In this document: positions 53,171 to 64,000 of the stretch, in pieces
Position numbering within the stretch: position 1 is the first letter of the stretch
Layout: each line of letters starts with the position of its first letter
Assembly (NCBI RefSeq): GCF_009914755.1
Contig: NC_060926.1
DNA from: the human T2T-CHM13v2.0 reference genome, Homo sapiens
Reading direction: 5' to 3' (one strand)
DNA length: 64,000 nucleotides
Notes under the pieces: generated by a model
Told to the model about the DNA's origin: nothing
What the model saw: only the letters and a program-made list of their open reading frames with translations
Databases searched by the model: none
Program-made: the position numbers and the translations under genes

Positions 53171-54508
53171 ACAAAGTTTCATTGAGATTTACAGCAGGTT
53201 TGGTGAGTCTGAGGGTGTGGGTAGGGTGGAAGGATGGGAGGCGAAAGAGATAACTAGAGTTCATGCTTCAAAGGTAGAGTCCTTCTGGTGCAGTATCCAG
53301 GGTGGGGCTAAACAAGTGGTTTTTGAAGTGGAGTAGAATTGAAGGTCACTGGAGCAGAGAATACAAGGCAACTATGACCCCATAGATGGGATGAGTGGCA
53401 CTTGGTGTTGCCCAGGAGAAGTCAGGTCAGGCACCAGGTGGGGTGGGGAGGGAAGCTGTGAGTCAGGCTCCAAAGTCCTTTCATAGATGGTCTGATTAAG
53501 GCAGGGAGGTGCCTTCATCCTAATTCCAAGCTGCACGGGGAGAGGAAGGGAAATGAAAGTGATGGAAGATACACAGAGAGCCAGCAGTGACTCAACGAGA
53601 ATCATGGCACTGCCTTATAACCCTGAGATCTGTGGGCCCTCATTAGAGAATGAAGGGCCTCCGTTCAAAAGGATTTCATGATGAACAGGTGGGAGAATTT
53701 TCTAGAAAGTGGTTGTGTCTACAGAGAAGCATTTTAATAGAAAGGTCTTCCCAGAGAGCCCAATAGAAGGGTTTAGAAGATGTCTCCCAGTGTACATTCA
53801 AGTGGTCAAACGACATGATTTCTTCCAGTTTGGTTTCAGAATTTGTTACAAACCCCTGTATCAGAAATGTCTACTGTCTTACTGCTACAATTCTCAGCTG
53901 TTTCTCCCAGTTAAGACATTAATCTGGAATCTTACTCTGATCCTTAAAGCGAAGCAATTAAAACCCTGTATATGGGATTATCCACCCCTGTGCATTCTTT
54001 TTTTCTGTGGGAAATTGGGTCCACACTTGTTTTTGTGAAATGTCAGCACAATAAAAGCCTCTCTTTGGGACAACAGTTACAAAGAACTCTCATCTTAAAA
54101 AAAAAAGTCCTAATGAAAAAAGTTTCAAAATTCGACATCACTTGCAGTCTGACCTGTGGGCTGGTCACCTTCCTTCCACCCTTTCACGGTTAGCAAAGAG
54201 GAACCGAGGGACATCGGCAAACTTGCACCTCCTCACTTCCAGGGCTGCAGGATGTTTCCTCAGCTGATTTCTCTCTGAGTCCAGCCCCACAGCCCCTGTA
54301 GGCCTCCTTCTCGGCGTAACGGCTGGGCTTGGTTGGGATGGACTTTAAACGTGCTGACATTTTTCTTACATTTCATATTTTGTAGTTAAGTTTTCCATCT
54401 ATCTGCCTATCTAGGTTCATGAGCAAGGTTAGTCTAGTTTTCTTTTTTGTGTGTTGCATTTATTGAGGTTTTGGTATCATGCCAATAATCAGAATAACAT
54501 CAGTATCT

Positions 54509-54820
<312 letters not shown>

Positions 54821-55907
54821 TCAGTATCTTCCTCCACCCCTTCCCATCTCAGCTTGTTAGAAATGCAGAATCAGGGGTCCACTCCAGACCACTAAAACCA
54901 TTATCTACATTTCTTCAAGAGCCCCTGGAAATGCACATTATAAATTCACATAGTTCGAGAAGTTGCCCTAGGCCTTATCATTCCTGAAAACCACTCCTTC
55001 CATAATCTCGGGAGCAAGCGACCTGGCTCTCCAACCAGCACGTTCTTCCTTCCAGCTCACTCCCTTACCGTGCTGATTCCAACCATCCGTTGATCCTGCC
55101 ACTTCTACATGGGCCTCTCTCCCCCCACTGCCCACAACCCTTCCTCATTCCCTCCTGGACAGGTGTGGATTTAACAGTCCACCATAATTATTACTTCCTT
55201 ATTGTACCTTCACCTTCCTTTCCCCTGTTTCCCTCCATGGAATTATCTAGCAAAAACAACCCTGGTGGAATAGATTCCCCACCTTCCCAGCAAAATGTGG
55301 CTGCTAAAAAACATGGAATAAGCCTGCCAACTGGTCCTTTACACCTGCTCCTCTCCCCTGGAACTTCCAACACCTCCTCCCTCTCTGCACTGAGCGAATG
55401 AATGACTGTTCTTCCTGTTTCCCTGAGGAAATCGAAGCCCTCAGAAGGGACTGTCCACAAGTTCCAGGAACCTCGTCTACCTGGATCTCTGCCTCGTGCC
55501 CACATTCTGCCTGCCCTCTTGGAACCGTGACCTCACCTGCCTTGCTCCTATTCAAGGCCAGACCTTCCAGTGCACTCTGCGTCTTTCCCTTCTCACTCAA
55601 TCAGGGACAGCTCTCCAGAAAACACCCCCCAACCCTCATCATCACATTTTCCCTTACGACTGAATCATTCCCACCAGCATTTAAGCACATTGGAAGAGCT
55701 CCCAATCTAAAAACAAAACAAAATGAAATAAAACGAAACATTTGCTCGGACCCCACATTCCCCTCCAGCCATCACCCCATTTCTCTGCTCCTCATTAGAA
55801 ACAAAACTTCATGAAAATGTTGTCTAAACCAATGGTTTCTTTCCAGGGCCCCCATTCTTTCTAGGGACTCCCCTCCCCGCCCCTTCCTTCTCCTCCTCTC
55901 CTGCTTT

Positions 55908-59154
<3,247 letters not shown>

Positions 59155-59279
59155 TTATACATACCTGTAGGTTTATTAGTCAATTATTTGTCAACTGTTT
59201 GTGCTAGGAGCATGGACTGTTTCGCTCACTGCCCCATCCCTGACGTACAGGAGGCGCTTAAAAAGTAGTTCAGTTACAC

Positions 59280-59510
59280 ATTAAAAACAAAGAAACAAAA
59301 ATACACACATATGGCATTTGTATGTGCCAGGCTCCGTTGTCAGAGCTTTGCAATGCACTGTCCCGTTCATCCTCAGAAGCCCGTGGCTGGTACCACTATA
59401 TTATTACACACTTTTTTTTTTAATGTGTGAGGAAATCCAGGCACAGGGACGTGAAACAGCCCATAGATAGCAAATGGTGGAGCAGGACTTAAATCCAGGT
59501 TGCTGATTTA
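59280..59510 (-). mobile_element. MIR
   Basis: TGTGAGGAAATCCAGGCACAGGGACGTGAA..GCAGGACTTAAATCCAGG. Confidence 0.6.
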
Positions 59511-59639
59511 AATAGGAATATTCCCATTAATCTGGAACGTTCTGGCACTTGTCCCCCTGGATGCTGTGTCCCCCTGGATGCTAAAATGAAGCGATCTGCT
59601 CCAAGAAAGTAAGAATCGGTCTGCACAAAGTGGGATCCC

Positions 59640-61100
59640 GGCCTCTCGCAGAATTAAGCTTGAAGAGTTGAGGAAGTGGTCGTTGAAAGTGGGCGTGCGA
59701 TTCCCGCAGTAAGAGCGCTCAGGCGGAGGAGAAGGGGCTGAGCCCCGCCTTGGAAGCTGCGGCGGAGGAAGAGGAACTGCGGGGCTTGGCTTCTGCTTTT
59801 CTCTGCGGCCCCTCCCGCTCGGGCCTCGCGCCTACTTGCGGCGCCCTGAGTCCGCCGGCCGCTCGGGGGCGCCCGAGGCGGAAGGGGGCGTTGCGGCACC
59901 GCCCGACGTCGCGTCCTCGGCGGCTGCGCAGTGCGCACGTCAAAGCCGGGCTCGGGCCGCAAGCGGGGCGAGGGGTTCGGGGAGCGGCGCGGCCTGGGAG
60001 ACACAGAGCCTTCAGGCGCCGGGGCGGGGGCACAGGCGAAGACTAAGGCGGCGCCGGGCCCCACAGCAGCAGCCGCAGCCCAAGCGAGCGCAGCAGCGCG
60101 GCGGCAGCCGCGGGAGCCCCTGGGCAGCCGTCCGCCCGCGCAGCCGCCGCCGCCGCGGGAGCCCGTCGCCGGGAGCAGGAGCGGGCGGAAGACAACGGAG
60201 GGGCCGAGCGTCCGAGCCACTCCGCGGGGACCGAACGAGCAGCCCGAAGCGGCGGCGGCCGAGGACGGGGACAGCGACGACGCGGAGGCAGAGAAGGGAA
60301 CGCCCGGCCCAGCCCCGTGAGTGACCCCCGGCCGGCCCTGCTCGTGGTGCGGACGCCTGCCCGGCTTCCGCCTGCCCCGCTGGGCCCTCACCGGCCCCGG
60401 GGCTGCCTCCATTTTCCTGGGTGGCGGCGGCCCCGGCCCAGCTTGTCCCCGGAGCCCCCGGGAGCAGCCGGGCCCAGCCTGCCCTCTCCGCCCGGCTCGG
60501 CTCCGGTCCCTCGCTGAGACGCTCCCTTTGCCTTCGCCGGCGTGGGGCGCCCGGGGGCCTGCAGTCCAGGCGCTCCTGCCTCTCCCCCCGTGGTTCTCTG
60601 GCGGGGCTGGCGGCGCGTGGTGGTCCGGGCCGGAGTCGGGCGGGCGGGGAAGTGCGGGCCGGGTCAACTGTCACCGGCTGCACCCGGGCTTCAGCGCCTC
60701 GCTCCCGCCCCTGGTAAACTTCCTGTTGTCGGGAGGCAGATACCAGCTTTGTGACCAATTCAGGAAAATGCCTAACTGATTTCTGGTTAGGAATTGGGCG
60801 GTCGGAGCGTTCTGGAGTTCAATGGAACCACCCCAAGCGCAGACTGCGTGCAGGCGCCGTAGTCGGCCCGCACCGGAGGGATTCAAAGGTGAAGCGGGCC
60901 CCGGTCCCCTCCCCCGAGGAGCTTAGGCTCTGGTGTGAGAGATAAGACGAGAACACAAATAACTGCGATACCGGGAAGGAGGTGATAAGTCCTGTGAAAG
61001 AACGACGGAGTGCTAGAACGGCACCCGGAAAAACCGAACCGATCACTTCTGCCTCGCAGAAACCTGGAAGGCTTCCTGGGCGGGGGATGCTGAGCAGAGT
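59640..61100. promoter_or_regulatory. CpG island / TATA-less promoter
   Basis: Abrupt rise in GC content with unsuppressed CpG; GC boxes (GGGGCGGGG), ETS-like GGAAGT, TGACGTG on the minus strand at 59936-59942; free of Alu. Confidence 0.92.
59930..60316 (+). other. CAB39: Non-coding first exon (5'UTR), probably CAB39/MO25-alpha exon 1; start approximate
   Basis: GC-rich, no ATG, ends at donor CCC|GTGAGT (60317). The exon end ...GCGGAGGCAGAGAAGGGAACGCCCGGCCCAGCCCC matches my recollection of the CAB39 mRNA leader; not verified by search. Confidence 0.6.
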
Positions 61101-62764
61101 CTTGAAGGCCTGATGGGATTTAGGAGAGGAGGATTGCAGAAGAGGTGTGTGGAAGGGGTAGCAAAAGCGAGAAGACAAAGCCTAGAAATCATGGATAATT
61201 CCGTTTGTTGGCATGGTGCAGGGGGCGGGGGGTATTGGGCTAAAGAGGTATTTTGGGGCCAGATCCTTGAATGCTGTAGAGGAGCTATTTGAGCAGCATT
61301 CTAAGAGAAACTTAGAGCTCATTTCTCAGTGACTCATGAGCCCGGAAATGTAGGCTAGGGGATATTAAAGGCGCTCTTGTGAAAGGAGAGAGGAGGAGGC
61401 CCAGTCAGGAGTTGACATTCTGTGCCTTGAATGTAATGCAGTTTCAGATCGATTTTGACAGCTTCCCAGATAATCAAGTAAATCCATGCCCAGGCTAAGC
61501 AAAGTACCTTTGCAGAAAGCTTCATTAGATATCAGGCTCTTAAGAGGTAATGGAAAGGTGTCTATAAAATAAGCTCATCTGCACACAGAAGGTGTTTCTA
61601 TTTGTGCGTTCGCTACAGTGCATAAAAACTTCTTGCACTTTGTATTAGGCGTATGTACTTTGGAATTACTAAGCTAAACCTACATTCTTTGAGGTGGCAT
61701 TTGTGTAAAATAACATAAATTGATGATTTTTAAAAAATGGTTAGTAATATTCTGCTGTAGAAAGCCAGACGTAGACCTTTTACAGAAAGGTAAAACTTTG
61801 TTTTTATATTTTATTTTATTATGAAATCTTTATAGTAGAGCCAGAAGTGAAAGTGTTTAGCTTTATTTTGTAGTTTGTTCAAATTGTTAGGAAGTAATTA
61901 GCAGCTGTATTCGAAATCTAGAATATACGATCTGTGAAAGCAGCTTAGGGCCTAAGTTTTGTAAGCTTGCACTTGTTTGCGTGTATGACAAGTGAATGCC
62001 ACCTTTTTGCAGTTTAAAAATTTTCTGCTTTTCAAAATAATACATGATCTTTGTCAAAGCTTCCAAAATTCAGGGAGTGCTAGAAAATCTTTAAAACATT
62101 TTCTATAATCTTACCACTTAGATTTGGTTACTGCTAACATTTTTGCGTATTTTCTTTCCAGTCTTTTTCTGTGTATTTTTTCTTTGCATAATGAAATATA
62201 TTGTATGCATATGTATACACACACACATCTCTTATTAAGCTTTTCTTGTCATTAAATATCTTCATATAAAAAATTTTTACTCAACAATGGAAGTCTTCTA
62301 AGCATGTTATGTTTTCCTGACAAGGTTGTATTATTTACCTCAGATGAAATGCAGTAGTTAGGCTTAATAACTACTAGTGTGGACAGAACTTTTTCTGAAA
62401 GTTTCTTGTTTGAAGTATGTTTCTTTCTCTGTAAGACTTGGATCCTCTTGCTTGTTGAATAAAGTTTTTCTTGGCAGGATGTGTGTTGTCATGAGGTGTG
62501 GAAGAGGAAGAAAGCACACAGATCTCTGCTATAGGAGTGAATGGACTTTTAAAGGGATGTTGTCAAAAGATTACTGTCATGGCTGGTATACCATCCCCCA
62601 CAGACGGCGATGCAGTGTCCCTTCCCACTCCCCACTTCGCTCCTGAAAAATAGTCTCTACACTAGGGCCATCCATATAGGTTAACTATTTTTTGAACATG
62701 ACATCACGAAGACTCAGGCTGGATATAAGCATAGAATATTTCATGAAATGGTTTGCTACTATAA

Positions 62765-63085
<321 letters not shown>

Positions 63086-63640
63086 TATCTGTTTTTTTAT
63101 TTCAAGGCAGCTTACTTCCCTTCATTAGCATTTTCTACTTCAGGTTCTTGTACTAAGTCAGTTTTTTCCCATGTATTTTACATTCTAAGGTGTATTAATA
63201 AGATCTCTGTTTCTGTTTCATCACGTATGAAGTAAGATGCTGAGTAAGGCTGTATACGTTTCCTAAAGTTAATGTAGAAGAACTGCTAAGAAAGTCCAGT
63301 ATAAGTATGGGGTTTGGTAACTTGATTTTATTTGAATGTTTGTATATTGCAAATACGTATGCCACACAGGGTCTTTATTACCTTGGAATATTTACTAAAG
63401 TTTTCTGTTTTGATCAACTTTTGTGGGATTACAGATTTCTTTAGTTATTGCCATACTTTCCCAAGAGCCTTTTTTCCAGATTGATGACTAATCACTCACA
63501 GTTTAGCCATCTGCCATGAAAATACACAAATCCAACCTCCCCAACCCCCAAAAATAAAATTCAGTAGTAGGACGAATTTTGTTTCAGGTATTGTCTTTTG
63601 TTTACCTTTCTGGCATTGTTTCTATTCCAGCTCTATTTTA

Positions 63641-63782
63641 TTTTTTAATTTAAAAAATGTTTTAATTAAAAGAGATGGTGTCTCATTCTGTTGCCCAGGC
63701 TGGTCTTGAACTCCTGGGCTTATGCCATCCTCCTGCCCCAGCCTCCCAAAGCACTGGGATTATAGGCCTGACCACACTGGCC
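63641..63782 (-). mobile_element. Alu monomer (FLAM-like)
   Basis: Single arm; TSD TCCAGC(T/C)CTATTTTA. Confidence 0.85.
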
Positions 63783-63792
63783 TCCAGCCCTA

Positions 63793-64000
<208 letters not shown>

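Noticed and set aside
59550-59582. TGTCCCCCTGGATGCT present twice in tandem (similar 10-bp doublet near 9664)
   Set aside because: Simple micro-duplication with no spacer structure; no basis for a functional claim.
59654-60779. Long overlapping ORFs (337, 248, 162, 152 aa) in the CpG island
   Set aside because: Low-complexity P/A/G/R peptides open in many frames because GC-rich DNA lacks stop codons; mostly non-ATG starts; no recognisable domain.

Overview
This is primate (very probably human) genomic DNA that is Alu-dense and almost entirely intergenic, with no intact protein-coding exon that I can support. About 50 Alu copies, many with visible target-site duplications (TSDs), account for most ORFs in the supplied track. 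Also present are solo LTRs (LTR10, MER51, MER41A, THE1, LTR2/HERV-E, several MLT1), a minus-strand MER4-group ERV1 remnant (~41.8-48.4 kb), an old L1 5' half with ORF1 remnants (~48.4-51.6 kb), DNA-transposon fossils (MER85 piggyBac MITE, MER104, MER5A) and MIR/L2 fragments. The only clear gene feature is a CpG-island promoter (~59.65-61.1 kb) with an ATG-less first exon ending at a GTGAGT donor (60316/60317). From memory this exon resembles CAB39 (MO25-alpha) exon 1; that call is unverified. Repeat family names come from my recollection of consensus sequences, and most boundaries are approximate. I found no evidence of a new multi-gene system. The most notable observations are two short dispersed local duplications, an intact MER85, an LTR2 carrying an HRE, a stacked retrotransposon insertion site, and an unexplained repeat-poor block at ~35-39.6 kb.
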